A stretch of DNA of 64,000 bases from Octopus vulgaris (GCA_951406725.2 OX597817.1:63240001-63304000), one strand, 5' to 3'; positions 24,014 to 37,837 are shown, numbered from the stretch's first letter. Notes: a model not told the origin generated them from the sequence alone. Numbers and translations: made by a program.

Positions 24014-26940
24014 TATATTGGACTTTGTTATCTAGTGTGTCATGCCATCTTTAAAACAGTAGTGTGTGATGTGAGTGAGATTGGTTACTATTTCTAACAA
24101 GTTGATTGTTCATATAAAGGCATGTTTGGTTTTTAGTAGTCTATATCACACTTTCATTGGTACAGAAGGATGATACTAACCTAATGTTACATACTATCTT
24201 TAGTTTTAATAAATTGTGTGAAATAATTTTAAATGTTAGATTTTGTTTTGTGCAATTGGTGTCTTGATGTTGTAAAAAGGAAATGGAGAAATTTTTAGCA
24301 AAATATGCAAAAAATATTTAGCAAAATGATGAAAAGTATAATGTTTGCAGCTGAATGGAATAAATGATTCTATTACCTCAGCAACCAATAAGTATTTTTT
24401 TCTTGTTAGATTCTGACTCTAACTATTACAAAACTGATTTGATTTCATTCTATGGAAATAAGCTGCTGGTTAACTCTAGGTCAACCTTGAATTGATCAGA
24501 AGCAATCCAGGCTAGGACAACCTATCTGCTTTTAAGATATTTCTGAATAGACATATCTCCTATTTTTATGATATGAAGGTAGTGTGATTTCAGAGATCTG
24601 GCTGCTTAGTTGCATTATTTGGGCTGTACAGTACCTAAAAATATATCCATTCCAGTTATATACAAAAGGTTGCACAACATGATTAAGATAATTAATTTAA
24701 TTGTGCATAAACTGAAAGATAGTTGTAATATTTTCATGCATCGATCTCTCTAGTGCAAGATATAAAGTTTAATGTAAACCAGGTTTTGGGAACAGATGAA
24801 CTGCAGCTCACAACCAAGCCACTGAGGTGTTCTCTGTGGGCCTTGAAATGTCCCTAAAAGTAGTTCAAATTTAATGTATTTGTGGACCATTGAGCAGTTG
24901 ATAGCTCTTAAACATTTTAATTTTTGTCAGGATTGGTGTTATTTTTGCTTACATAATCATTGCTAGACATGGATATATGGGGATGTTTTTATGTCAGACT
25001 ATGTGAGAGTTACAGGGGGAAGACAATCAAAAGATAACCATTAACAGTAAGGAGTTTCCAATCCCTAATTCGATCCCAATTTACTTCACCCAATTTTAAT
25101 GTTACATAATCCCAACAGAAATCTTTGTCTTCATCTTTTGGCTTCTTGTGGTGCTTATGAGACATCAATATTGGTTGCCAACTTCACGTCCATTATGTGT
25201 ACTATTCTTTCTAACAGATTCTCATTCCTTCCAACTTCATTCAACCTTCCAATTTTCCTGGAATGGTTTTGACTAAAGGACATAAAACTCCTTTGTTTTG
25301 AGTACTTCTTTCTTAGCTAGAAAGGATTCTTGACATAGAAGTACCAATTCTATGGAAGTAATGGGCAGTGGTTGTCTGGGATGAAATCTGAGAGTAAGCC
25401 AACTAAGTCTGTAAGACATCCAAAGTTTCAGTTTAGAGGTGCCTTCCTGCTTTGGATTTTGAGGCCCAATGTTGGCAAGTTTGTATTCTACCACAGTTTT
25501 ATTGTGTCCTTGAGCAAGGTACATAACTCTGTTGACCCATAATCACAAGTTAATGATAAAGTCTCTTTACATTAGTGATTCTCAATAAGAGTCTGTAAGA
25601 CTTATATGAGTGTCCATATAAGATTTTGTTGTTAAAATTTATCTGCAATAAATTGGTTATACTTTTACAATACACAAAATATTGTAACGATTTAGATTAT
25701 ACAAGTCCTAATAATATTTAATTATAAAAATATAACAGGATTTTTTAACAGCGAATGGTTATGTAGGCCTGTCTGTGTAAAATAGTAAAGAAAGGTTGAG
25801 AAACACTGCTCTCCATTGTTGCTGTACCTACTTGAAATAGTAACTTATTCTTTTCAAATCCCACTTTTTCATCTGTTTTAAATAAGGGACAACACACACT
25901 AGGTAATGATGTCATCTGATTATAAGGTGTGTTTGATAAGAGTTTACCCAAGCTAAACAGCAGGAACAACTCTTTTGATTTGTAAATGAGATTCCAGATG
26001 CATTGGAATTAAAGGCTTCAATGATATTTGGAGAAAAATATGCAAGAGGTAGATGGAAATAAGTTTGCTTGCAAATAGTTTATTTCTTTGGACAAGAACA
26101 ACATTTCTTAGAACATAAACCATTTTTTTTTTATTACTGTAACCATATTTCTTAATAATAGAAACTACATTTCTTTACTCTACAACCAGTGGGCTGCCTA
26201 TTTGTGTTACCAGCTGGTATATGATGACCGGAATAACATAAGAGAGATTGTCTCTCTTATCAGCTTACATCACTACCATTCAGTTTCTGTGACTGAAGAG
26301 GAGATAACCACTCCAAAATTCTTGCATCTCACAGTCTGGATAGGTGGTGCTGCAAGCTGATTTAGGTGTATTTACACCATTTGTCTACAGCAAGAAATTT
26401 TCTCCATGACAAAACACAGTGAATGGCTTGCTTACAAGTCCGAACGTGCCACTGGTATATTCGAACTGGTAATAACATTGCACATATTTTTTCTGTTTTG
26501 GAACTATAATTATTTGTGCTAGGATCACATGTTTCCTTGATAACACTCATGGGCAATTGTGAATGGCATGTCTAAAAATAAAGATTGCCTAAAATTATTT
26601 TAGTGGTGCAGTCTACTTGATGATGAGTCACACATCATGCAACCTGCTTCTTGAAAAAGGTTATCCATGCCTGTCGTGGAATTAACCATAGCTTTTGTTT
26701 TAGAATCATAATTCTTTGTACTAGAGCCATTTTTGTTCTCCTAGCACTTTGTTTTATAACCATATATCCAACAAGAAAATATCTTTATACTAGAAATGTA
26801 TTTTTTTGAGGCTAAAACCATTTTTCTTTTCAAGAACATTTTCTTATTTTACACAACTATATTTCTTTGTTTTAGACTAATCACTTTGAACTGGTATCAT
26901 TTCTTTTGATCAGAACCATCTTTCTTTCCATTTTCATTAG

Positions 26941-27325
26941 AAACTCAAAATGCCATAAATGTAAAAGCAAACTGAAAAACAACAAAAGAACCAAATCTAA
27001 AGAAGAGAAGCTGTCTCATGAGAAAGATTATAACGATGATGGTAATATTAATAATAATTATAATAATAATAATAATAATGAGAATGATGATAGTGATGTC
27101 TTTGAAGATAGACTGATAATAGATGAAGCTGTATCTTCATTCAATGTTACAGCAATGGCATCAGAATTTACCATCAACGGCAGCAGTGATGTAATTCTAC
27201 ATGGAAATAAAACATATTTACCACCTGAAATGAGTTGGGAATTACAAATGAATACTGAATATCCACTTCTGGACTCCCTGTTTCAACCTTCGGTAGATTC
27301 TTGTAACCAAATTGCTTTTAATTAA
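26941..27325 (+). CDS. HMG-box protein, probable terminal coding exon (basic, poly-Asn, acidic tail, stop)
   Basis: Acceptor tttctttccattttcattag| at 26940; first A completes AA|A (Lys), entering the frame of ORF 26906-27325 (NSKCHKCKSK...NNNNNN...DSCNQIAFN*). An internal weak donor at 27293 cannot be excluded. Confidence 0.72.
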
Positions 27326-27419
27326 TTCATTTTGTTTCTCTCATTTGACTATTATTTTATATGATATTTAATAAGACTTTGTTAATCTTGTTTTAAAACT
27401 AATTATATATGAATAATTA

Positions 27420-27790
27420 ATACTCATTAATTATACACACTCATTAATAATACACAGCTAAACATATCTATACTCACCAACAATATATAGCTAAAATCAC
27501 CTTCTTTACTCACTGACAGTATGCAGCTAAACTCCTCTTCTCTACTCACCAGCATAATTACACTCATCTCATCTTAATACACACTCATTACCTCTACCCA
27601 TCAACAATGCACAGCTGGACTCCTCTGCTCACCCACAATTTACAACTACATTCATCTCAACAATATACAACTACATTCATCTCAACAATATACAACTACA
27701 CTCATGTTCTCTATTCACCAGTAATGCTCAGCTAAACTCCTTACAGCTCTCTCCTCAACAACAATCCACAACTACTCTCAATCTAACCTT
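27420..27790. repeat. Degenerate ~35-bp minisatellite just downstream of the HMG gene stop
   Basis: Recurrent tactcaccaacaatatacagctaaactc(a/c)tcttctc-like units; exact 24-bp tandem at about 27641-27700. Confidence 0.7.
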
Positions 27791-28569
27791 TCTCAAGTGT
27801 TAAGTTCAAACAGTCTTTTCTAGCAGTGTCTACAACTACACATTCTTCCCTGAAGTAGATTTCTTCTCCATGGCCAGTAATCCATCCCTAATCTCTAAAA
27901 AGCTGTAAAATTTATTCTCTGTGTTAATATGCTCCTGTATTAGGAAACAGAAATTGCAGCCCCAATGCATTATATACATATATATACACATGTAGGATTC
28001 CATTTTAAGTAAAAAAAAAAAAAAATTGCACTCATTTGATTACCAAACCTTCATTTACCAACATTTTACAGTCAGTGGGCCATCATCAGTTCCTAATCTT
28101 GTATATTTTTGTTACCTTTTAAGACAAATTGATGGTGGAGCAATAATTGTTGTTGATGTTGTTGTATATCCCTTGTCAGGCTTGATTGATCAGAACTTTG
28201 ATCAACGGCTTTCCATCTGTCTGATCCTCTCTGTTTTTCTTAGTGCAAAGAAGCCATGCTGACATTACCCAGGGGTGAGATATGAAGTAGATTTGGCTGC
28301 TATTTCTAGCAAGCCAAATGACCATATAGAGTCACCCCCATTGGCTCATGGTTCCAACATGTTAGCTACTAAAATGTTTTTGTTTTGATTTTTATGGCAG
28401 TGGCTTGAGAATGTTTGCAATACATTGGTAACTATGTTCATACAGTATATTTTAATGACCCCTATTTTCTGGGATGTATACTGCTGTATGCTACTTCTAA
28501 ATATTACACCTGTTCCTTCTTATCTTCACAAAACCTGTTACTTAAAATTGCTATAAAACCATTGTTTAT

Positions 28570-28760
28570 CTTTTATCTTTTACTTGTTTCAGTCATTTGA
28601 CTGCGACCATGCTGGAGCACCACCTCAAAGGGCTTTAGTCAAACAAATCGACCCCAGGGTTTATTTATTTTTTTTAGGCCTAGTACTTATTCTGATGGAC
28701 TCTTTTGCTGAACCCTTCTAAGTTATGGGGATGTAAACACACCAACATTGGTTTTCAAGT
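28570..28760 (-). mobile_element. SINE family A, 3' part
   Basis: ttttacttgtttcagtcatttgactgcgaccatgctggagcac..aaacaccaacattgg. Confidence 0.72.
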
Positions 28761-29895
28761 GACACTTCTCTCTAAATAGCAACCTGCAAGGAACTACATG
28801 TTAATCACATTAACCTCCTCATTCTATAACTTCTTTTACCAGTCTTGGATAGATGAGGAGCAGTGATAATTCTTCATAGCATAGTTAGCATTGACTCCCA
28901 TGTTTCCCTTACAGTTACACAAACATTCATGTATGCACGTGATCACACACATACTCTCTCTCTTCTCTCTTCCTCTCTCTCTTCCCCTCCTCTCTCCCCC
29001 TCTCTCTTCCTCTCCGCCCTCTCTCTTCATCTCTCTCCCTCCCTTTCGGGGTGGTTTTCTCTTCCTCTGTGAATTTGCTTCCAGCTCTTCTGCAGACACC
29101 CACCCATCCTCAGTCAAAGAGGATCTTAGTCTTGTGAGCTACATGGTTACTTCACAAGAGCTGGTGCCATGAATGAAAAAAGCACCAAGTATACTCTATT
29201 AACTGTTTGATATTGGAAAGGGCATTAAACCACAGAAACCATGCCAGAGCAGACACTGGAAGCACAATGCAATACTTGGATCTGTTCTATCTTGTCAAAT
29301 CGTCCAACCCATGCCAGCATAGAAGATGGATATTAAAAAATGTTGATGACGACAATGGTGATGATGATGATTCCAGGAAGAGGTCAATTCTTTTAATTTA
29401 TGCTATAATTCTTTTGATCAAGTCATTTTTGTGCAATAATTTGTAATTTAAGAACTGCTATTAATTTTAGCATCCTTGCATTGATTTTTTTTTTCATTAA
29501 AAACAAAAAAAAAAACTACAGATTATTAAGTCGTTCAATATAATTTTTATGCATGTGTTTGTTTTTCCATTTCCATGTTATTTTTTTTTTATAAAATGCA
29601 TGTTATGCAAATAAAGACTGAAAAAAAAAAGTTGCCTAATTTTACATAATTTATTATCTTGTTCTACTTATTTGAGTAATCCTTCTTCAAAAGCCAAAAT
29701 GGTTTAAATAGCTGAGGAAGTGGATTATATTTTCACAGATCCAGCAATACAAATATATGCATATACATGTACGTACATATATACAAGAGAATAATGTGTA
29801 AATGCATTTATTAATATAAACCTCCATGCATATATGAAATCTATAAAAAAAAAAATCAGTTTGAAAACATGTCTATTCCTTTATTTATAATTTAA

Positions 29896-30280
29896 CTAGC
29901 AGTATCGCCTGGCGTTGCTTGGGTTTGTTTCGACCATTTAGAATTGGAATTTTTGAAAAGTAAAAAGTTTGCATTTATGTAGCTTGTTATTTTTTTTAAG
30001 TGAACATTTTTTCTGGTTGAAATACACCAAAAAATGGCGACACAGCAGTCAAAACATCGTTAAAAATAGGGATTTTCATACAAAAGAAGCACCTTTTTGA
30101 TGTAAATAATTTTTGGTGTTAACATGGTCCAATTTGAATTTTTTCTTCTACGGAAGTAAGAGCAAGCCTTCTATCATACTCTCAATTTTGGTCAACTTGC
30201 GCTGCAGGGTTTCAGAGTGTTCGTTGAAGGCTACCAAAACTGCCATACACAGACAACTTCAGCTTTATATGTATATATAT
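29896..30280 (-). mobile_element. Non-autonomous Helitron-like element (family H1)
   Basis: 3' end hairpin plus CTAG|T on the minus strand; high identity to 56241-56576, 60643-61038 and 61452-61841. Confidence 0.8.
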
Positions 30281-30805
30281 TTGACTTCCCAATTGTAGAA
30301 TGTGTTTCCAGTGTGCACTTATCATGGCAGATTTTCTTAGGTCTTTGAGCAGACGACTTCTTTTCACGTCAGTACTCTTTACTCAACTGAAATGAACATC
30401 TACCAATTACTGATCCAGTTTTCTCTCTTTATCCATCTGTCACATGGATGTTCTGCTGGGTGAAGTGTTGGGAGAGGTCAGATTGTCTATCTGTGGAGGG
30501 AGAAAGGGCTGCATAATACGCGCGCGCACATACACACTTCTTCTAACCCTAGAAGTCCTTCCTGGCTAAGGAATACAACTTCAAAATACTGTCGTCTGAA
30601 TTGCATTTGATAACTTAAATAATAGATGCTTTTATTTCGTATAAAACTCAAGATCAGTCGAAAACGAAATGCTGAACTTAGTGCAGTGTTTCAGTGGAGT
30701 TAACTCTAAATACTACTGCTGTTACAAAGGAGGGAGCTGAGTTGCAAATGTCCAGAAAGATCTGCGTTATGTCACTAAGATAAAGGGATACAAGCAATAT
30801 CAGAA

Positions 30806-31018
30806 TCCTTGCTACCATTGGCACGAGATCTGAAATTTTCGGTGGGAGGGGGTTAGTCGATAGCATTGACTCCACTACTCAGCTGGTACTTATTTTATCG
30901 ACCTCATCAGGACGGAAGGCAAAGTCGATTGTGCCGGAATTTTAACTCAGAACTAAAGACGGACGAAATGCCGCTAAGCATTTTTGTCTCGTGCACTAAC
31001 GATTCTGCCAGTTCGCCA
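30806..31018 (-). mobile_element. SINE family B
   Basis: Colinear reverse complement of 37160-37385. Confidence 0.75.
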
Positions 31019-31371
31019 ATTTACAAATCGAACCATGTAATAAAGATATTATAAACGAGTTTCTGATGTATCTTTAATAAATTTATTGGAACACTCGTTA
31101 ATATTGTAATTTATAATAAATCAAAATCAATGCAAGCTTTAGTTGTGTAAGCACTGACAACTTAATCAAAGCTGATATTTCTCAATAGAATGTTTTAATC
31201 CTTAAACAATTCAGAATCATGTGGAGATGTCAGTTCAGCTTAGTTCTTGAATGATGGAATATGTGAAGTTGACATTCGAATGTTGGAAAGTTGCGCAAAC
31301 AGCAATCACTCTAGTTATATACAGTCTCTGCTGGAATGTTATACTTTAGCTATATAGTCTCTGGACGTTAT

Positions 31372-31980
31372 TATTTCAAATTTTTGACACAAGGACAGCT
31401 TGGGGGGAGGTGTGGATGAGTCGATTACATCGACCCTAGTGTTCAACTGGTGTTTATTTTATCGATCCCGAAAGGATGAAAGGCAAAGTCGACCTCGACG
31501 GAATTTGAACTCAGAACGTAGCGATTCTGCCAGCTCGCCGCCTACGTGAAGACAGACGAAATACCTATTTCTTTACTACCCACAAGGGGCTAAACACAGA
31601 GGGGACAAACAAGGACAGACAAACGGATTAAGTCGATTACATCGACCGCAGTGCGTAACTGGTACTTATTTAATCGACCCCGAAAGGATGAAAGGCAAAG
31701 TCGACCTCAGCGGAATTTGAACTCAGAACGTAGTGCCAGACGAAATACCTATTTCTTTACTACCCACAAGGGGCTAAACACAGGGGGGACAAACAAAGAC
31801 AGACAGACGGATTAAGTCGATTACATCGACCGCAGTGCGTAACTGGTACTTATTTAATCGACCCCGAAAGGATGAAAAGCAAAGTTGACTTCGGCGGAAT
31901 TTGAACTCCGAATGTAGCGGCAGACGATATACCGCTAACCATTTCGCCCGACGTGCTAACGATTCTGCCAGCTCGCCGCT
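31372..31980 (-). mobile_element. SINE family B trimer with 17-bp TSD
   Basis: Three copies of the core (about 31420, 31630, 31815); flanks tagtctctggacgttat (31355) and tagtctttggatgttat (31986). Confidence 0.85.
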
Positions 31981-32737
31981 TTTTTTAGTCTTTGGATGTT
32001 ATACTTTGATATAGCTTCGTACCTCAGCATATTCAATGGTATAAGTTTAATGGCCCTGGCGTGCTTGTGTTGTCAAATTCTGCTTCTCTAGCGATTCTGC
32101 TTGTTACACCCTTCATCTTGAACATAAAATCATTACCATTCCGTGGATACGTAATTAGGAGAGATATAGCTCTTATTTCTAATTAAGTTTATTGATCAGA
32201 TAAAGGCTCCCTTGTTGATCCATGTATGGAAGCATGGTTTGATTTTACCGTGAGTCTTGGCTTTGAGAAAACCTATGCTGATTATCGTTAGTGATACAAA
32301 GTAAGCCTAGAGCGATTCTGAATTAATGATCCTTAAAGTGGTGGTGGGATATGTGTGAAAATGTTAAGTGTGACGTTGAAGAAAAGGGGCGATAATGGAG
32401 TGGCCAAAAGGGGACGTTGGATGTAAAAGCAACAAAGTTAGTTTCTTACAGTAAGTTTTATTTATGAAATACAGTGTTTTGAACATGCTGTAGTGTTTTG
32501 AATTATAATGGGGAGTGTGTGGGTGGGTAGAAGTGGGTGGCAGCCTGAAAAATGTTGGGAGTCACTGCTCTAAATCGAGCTTCATTCAATATTTTTTAAC
32601 TGTGGCTTACAGAGATTAAAGAAAAAATAAGGTACACTTCGCATGGAAAGTTAATATTAGTGGTTCATTGAAATAAGAAGCAGTGTTTTGAACTTTAAAA
32701 AAAAACATTTAAGAATCCATCTAAAAAATATTTAATA

Positions 32738-33102
32738 CTTCCGCTGAGGTCGACTTTGACTTTCAGCCTTTCGGGGTCGATAAATTAAGTACTAGTTGCG
32801 TACTGGGGGAGGGGGGGGCAATCTAATCGACTGGCTCCTCTCCCAAAATTTAGGGCCTTGTGCCTAGAGTGGAAAAGAATATTTAATAATGGTTGTATGG
32901 AAGGTGGTGAGCTGGCAGAATCGTTAGCACGCCGGGTAAAATGCTTTACGGCATTTCGTTCGTCTTAACGTTCCGAGTTCAAATGGTACCAATGTTAACT
33001 TTTGCCTTTCATCCTTTTGGGGGTCGGTAAAATAAATAACTGATGTAATCGATTTTTTTTCCCTACCCGAACTCGCTAGCATTGTGCCAAAATTTGAAAT
33101 CA
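32738..33102 (+). mobile_element. Two adjacent SINE family B copies (3' half at 32738-32885; full at 32901-33102)
   Basis: gaggtcgactttgactttcagcctttcggggtcgat and head aaggtggtgagctggcagaatcgttagc. Confidence 0.78.
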
Positions 33103-33934
33103 ATGATACTTGTGCGGACAACAAAATTATGAATAATTCTATTTTCACTGTTGTCACGTTTCTAGTATGGATTTTCTACAGCCTTACAATATATATTTAA
33201 AATCTTCTGTACAGTGTTTGAGAATTACTGATAGCTTCTACTCAAGATAATAACAGCATTTACACCATTGCTAAATATGTTGTAACAAAGAATTGACAAA
33301 AAAGAAAAAAAAGTTTACGTTGAACGAACGTATACGTTAATGTAAAGGTAGGTAACTCTAAAGCAAATTTTAATCTTTGTTAGAATCATTAGAGTTACTT
33401 CCCTTAGACAAGGAATCTTTTTCACACGTCTTCATTTCTTGTTTTGCTGCTGCTTTCCCCCGTCTTTTGATAATCGCTTCCACAAGCACGTGTCAGTTCA
33501 GAATTAAATGTACAAAAGGGAAAGTTATGAGAAGAATAACTACAGCATTTTAAACATCGGAGAAACATTACCAAATATTGCAAGGCAATAAATTTATTTT
33601 TAAATCTTTTACTCGTTTCAGTTATTGGCCTGCTGGCATGTAGGGTTTAGTCGAACAAATCAACTCCAGTACTTATTTATTTTTGTAAAATCAGGTATTC
33701 TAACGGTGATATACCAAACCGCTAAGTTATGGTAACAGACAAACCAACGCAGTTAGTAAAAAGGCGGATGACTAACAAATATACGCGCACTCACATTCAC
33801 AAACGCGCGCGCGTGACATGCTTCTTTCAGTTTCCATCTACTAAATCCGTCCGAGGCTTTCGTAGAAGTCACTTATCCCAGATGTCACACTGCTTTTCAT
33901 GGAAGTGTTTAAATTTGTAATATAATTAAGAAGA

Positions 33935-34322
33935 GGAAGCGCTGGCAGAATCGTTAGCACGTCGGGCAAAAATGCTTAGCGGTATTTCGTCCGCCTTTAC
34001 GTTCTGAGTGTAAATTCCGCCGAGGTCGACTTTGCCTTTCATCCTTTCGGGGTCGATTAAATAAGTACCAGTTTCGCACTGGGGTCGATATAATCTACTT
34101 AATCCGTCTGTCTGTCCTTGTTTGTCCTCTCTATGTTTAGCCTCTTGTGGGTAGTAAAGAAATAGGCATTTCGTCCGCCTTTACGTTCTGAGTGTAAATT
34201 CCGCCGAGGTCGACTTTGCATTTCATCCTTTTAGGTTCGATTAAATAAGTACTGGGGTCGATGTAATCGACTTATACCCTGTCGTTCGAAATTGCTGGCC
34301 TTGTGCCGAAATTTGAAACCTG
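33935..34322 (+). mobile_element. SINE family B dimer with 12-bp TSD
   Basis: Core repeated at about 33985 and 34168; taattaagaaga at 33923-33934 and 34323-34334. Confidence 0.85.
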
Positions 34323-35318
34323 TAATTAAGAAGACGATTTATATCAACGATTGTGTATCGTATTGGTTACAGATTTTTAGTAAGGAGTAGGATGTAGAGA
34401 GAAGGGGAGCAGTGTGAGAGAGATTTACGATTTCTTTGTAAATGTGTACAGAAACATTTTGTGAGACAAAGTTTAGACAATTTAATGATCTTCGGGATCT
34501 CATTATTGCGTATCTAATTAGGTTGGTGGATTATCTGAATTGTTAGAGCGACGGCACTTAGCCTAGAAGTATTGTGCTACGGTTATTTACATTCTTAGTT
34601 CAAATCCTGTCGAAATCAATTTTGCCTGCCACCTCTTGCGGCGTCGAAAAATTAAAAGAGATACACGCGTCTCTTTTTCTTGATATCACTACCCGTAATG
34701 GATATGAGACATTTATATCACGTTATATGCCTAACTTAGGGCCCCCAAAAATTCAAAATTTTGCCTAATGCGAGTCCAGTGCAATCTCTTATCTCTTACA
34801 CTATTTCAGTATTACGCGTCAAAAGTGAAACAATAACGTCTCTATTGCAATGTGAGATAATACTTTCAGTTTTAATAGTTTCAGTATTAATACTTTCACT
34901 ATTAATACTGAAACAAAAATGATGGGTGCGTGTGTGTATGCACTGACATGCATAAACCCCCCACACATATTTATGCATATGTGTATATGACTGCCGGTAT
35001 ATATGTGTGTATATATGTGTACATATATATGTATGTATATATATGTATATATAAATGTGTATGTGTGTGTATATATATATATATATCTGTGTGTGTGTGT
35101 GTTTACATGTATATTTATGTACATATATAGATCTATATGTATATATATATATAGATGTATATGTATGTATATATATATATATGTTTATATTTCTATATGT
35201 ATATATATGTATGTGTGTACATATATATATATATATAATAATAAATATTAGGGAATAAATCCAAATTTACAGGGAAAAATCAGATTTAGGATTGAATCCA
35301 ATTTTATAATAAAATATA

Positions 35319-35488
35319 ATATAATATTAAGTAGAGACAAAACCACTATTATGCAAATCAAACAAAGAAAGACTTAATCCAATACATAAAAAATTTTATA
35401 TAAATTAAATATAATTTATATAAAATTTTTTATGTATTGGATTAAGTCTTTCTTAGTTTGATTTGCATAATAGTGGTTTTGTCTCTAA

Positions 35489-35500
<12 letters not shown>
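35319..35500. repeat. Near-perfect palindrome (89-bp arms, 4-nt loop) embedded in (TA)n microsatellite
   Basis: 35319-35407 is the reverse complement of 35412-35500 with 2 mismatches; microsatellite on both sides (34990-35235, 35497-35700). Confidence 0.95.
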
Positions 35501-35530
<30 letters not shown>

Positions 35531-37159
35531 CGTATATATATATATATGTATATATGTGTATGTGTATATACATACGTATATATATGTGTAGTATGTATAT
35601 ATACATATATATGTATAATGTACATATATATGTATATATACATATATATTTGTATATATACATACATATTTATATATATACATATATGTGTGTGTGTGTC
35701 TGTATTTGTACCCTAACCATCGCTTGACAACTGATGTTGCTGTGTTTACCTCCCCGTAATTTAACCGTTTGGCAAAACACACCGATAGAATAAGTATTAG
35801 CCTTGCAAAGGATAAATCCTGACGTTGATGTCTTCCACTAAAGTCAGTGCTCCAGCAGCATGTCCGTCGTCGCAGGGCCGAAACAAGTAAAGCAATAAAA
35901 AGCTACGCCTTGTTAATCCCGAGCAACGCCGGGTATCTCTGCTAGTTATAAATCTCATATATATATATAATATATAACTTTATCATTTGAAAATATATTA
36001 GAAAAAGCTAGCTTTCTTGGTGCAAAAACAAAGAGGAAGGCAGTTGCATAGCGAGTGTGTGTGCTGCGCGGAGCAGTCTTTGAGTCCCCACCCTTCGTCC
36101 CCTTTACAGGCTTACAATGGAGACCCAAAAATACTGCCGTCATAAAAGTATCTCTCAGTGTTACCCCCCTTCCCATTTCACATTAAAGCTGTGATACAGG
36201 GTGGGGCTAGGGAGTAGAATTGCTTATTACTCAGAATTCTCTCTACCTGTAAATTTACTTCACCCAACGCCAGCTAATTTTATAGTCAAATATGAATCTT
36301 ATAAAATCAAACAGAGCAGGAAAGGTTGTTCGGTTAAGATGTATATAATGTAACTGATTCCGTTGGCCATACTCTGAAAATTTCGGGCATGAATAAAAAA
36401 CAAAAAGCAATCAGTATTAAGACGATAGTGAGTTAGTTGGTCCATCAGCAGAGGGAAAAATTATAATCTTCTCTGCTTCTTTGCCTCCTTATATATTTAA
36501 GTTACTGGAAGATCTGTAGTAACGATCTTGGGTGTTAGGAGGATTGACAGATACTAGATAAAAAATGCTAAATACATGGGATAAATTTAGTTTCTTCCAC
36601 TGGGATAAAGACGGAAATTGTCGACTTAAGAGAGAATGGAAGGCAAAGTTGCCTCAGGTAGAGTTTCAACTTAAGATGTAGAAAAACTTAAACGGGATTT
36701 TATTGCCACTGAAGAAACCATATGTTTATGAACTTCACGGAAATACTGCATATTATTATATGTTATGTTAGGCCACTTTAAATGTTACTGGAAACTTTTA
36801 ACCCAGTACATCTGTTACATGCTCAGATCATCAGTGTCTAAATTGACACTCCTTACCAGGCTTGTCTAGCAAAGACAGTTGCTAGAAATATAACAGGACA
36901 AAAACAAACCCTGTCAAAAGGTATAGGGTGAACGACAATCTAACAATAATAAACGAGGTCATACTAATACACACCAATGCACCAAATAGTCAATGAGTGC
37001 ATTGTAAGACCACTTTGGGACTGATGTACCCCTAAACATCTCAACCTTGGCACCAGATAGTTTGATGCATCATATTACAGCCACACATATTATTTTGTAT
37101 ATTCCAGTTTTATCTGCGATTCTCCCAAACGTTATACTTAGTATTATTAAAGAAATTTT

Positions 37160-37385
37160 AAGGTGGTGAGCTGGTAGAATCATCGTTAGCACCCCGGCCA
37201 AATGCTTAGCGGCATTTCGTCCGTCTTTACGTTCTGAGTTCGAATTCCGCCGAGGTCGACTTTGCCGTTTATCCTTTTGAGATCTATAAATTAAGTACCG
37301 GTGAAACACTGCAGTCGATGTAGTCGACTAGTCTCTCCTCCCTCCAAATTTCGGGCCTTGTGCCTTTAGTAGAAACGATTATTGC
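37160..37385 (+). mobile_element. SINE family B, full-length
   Basis: Head aaggtggtgagctggtagaatc, box-B-like gagttcgaattcc, tail gggccttgtgcc..tagaaacgattatt. Confidence 0.82.
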
Positions 37386-37664
37386 AGAAACTTCTGCAAA
37401 GGGAACTTACACATATGTAAACTGCAGCGGTAAGGGAGATAAGCATCGATCTGTTTGGGTTTTGCATCCTTACCATCCGTAGTATGAGTCCTTTTGTGTT
37501 TGGCACGTGGTATATGGTGCAGCAGTTCATGCTACATACACAAGAGAAGAGATTGGCTTAAGTTGTGTACACGTCTTACTCCACTTAAAATAAATTGTTC
37601 AGTAACAACACTTCCAGTTTTCTAACTAAACGCTCATATGTCGTTCGAGTTTCCGAATAATCAC

Positions 37665-37667
<3 letters not shown>

Positions 37668-37755
<88 letters not shown>

Positions 37756-37758
37756 ACA

Positions 37759-37797
<39 letters not shown>

Positions 37798-37837
37798 ACA
37801 CACACAGACACTTTCACACACACATACACACACACAA

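Noticed and set aside
28891-29172. Extra HMG gene exon after the long pyrimidine tract
   Set aside because: Splicing from the weak donor at 27293 to either AG (29084, 29095) stops within 15 codons, and downstream sequence is RTE-tail-type repeat.
29610-29630. AATAAA followed by an A-run as the HMG gene poly(A) site
   Set aside because: AATAAA is very frequent in this AT-rich DNA; not supportable without 3'-end data.
31372-31980. Repeat-spacer-like periodicity suggesting a CRISPR array
   Set aside because: Units are ~180-bp SINE cores without unique spacers; eukaryotic context and no cas genes.
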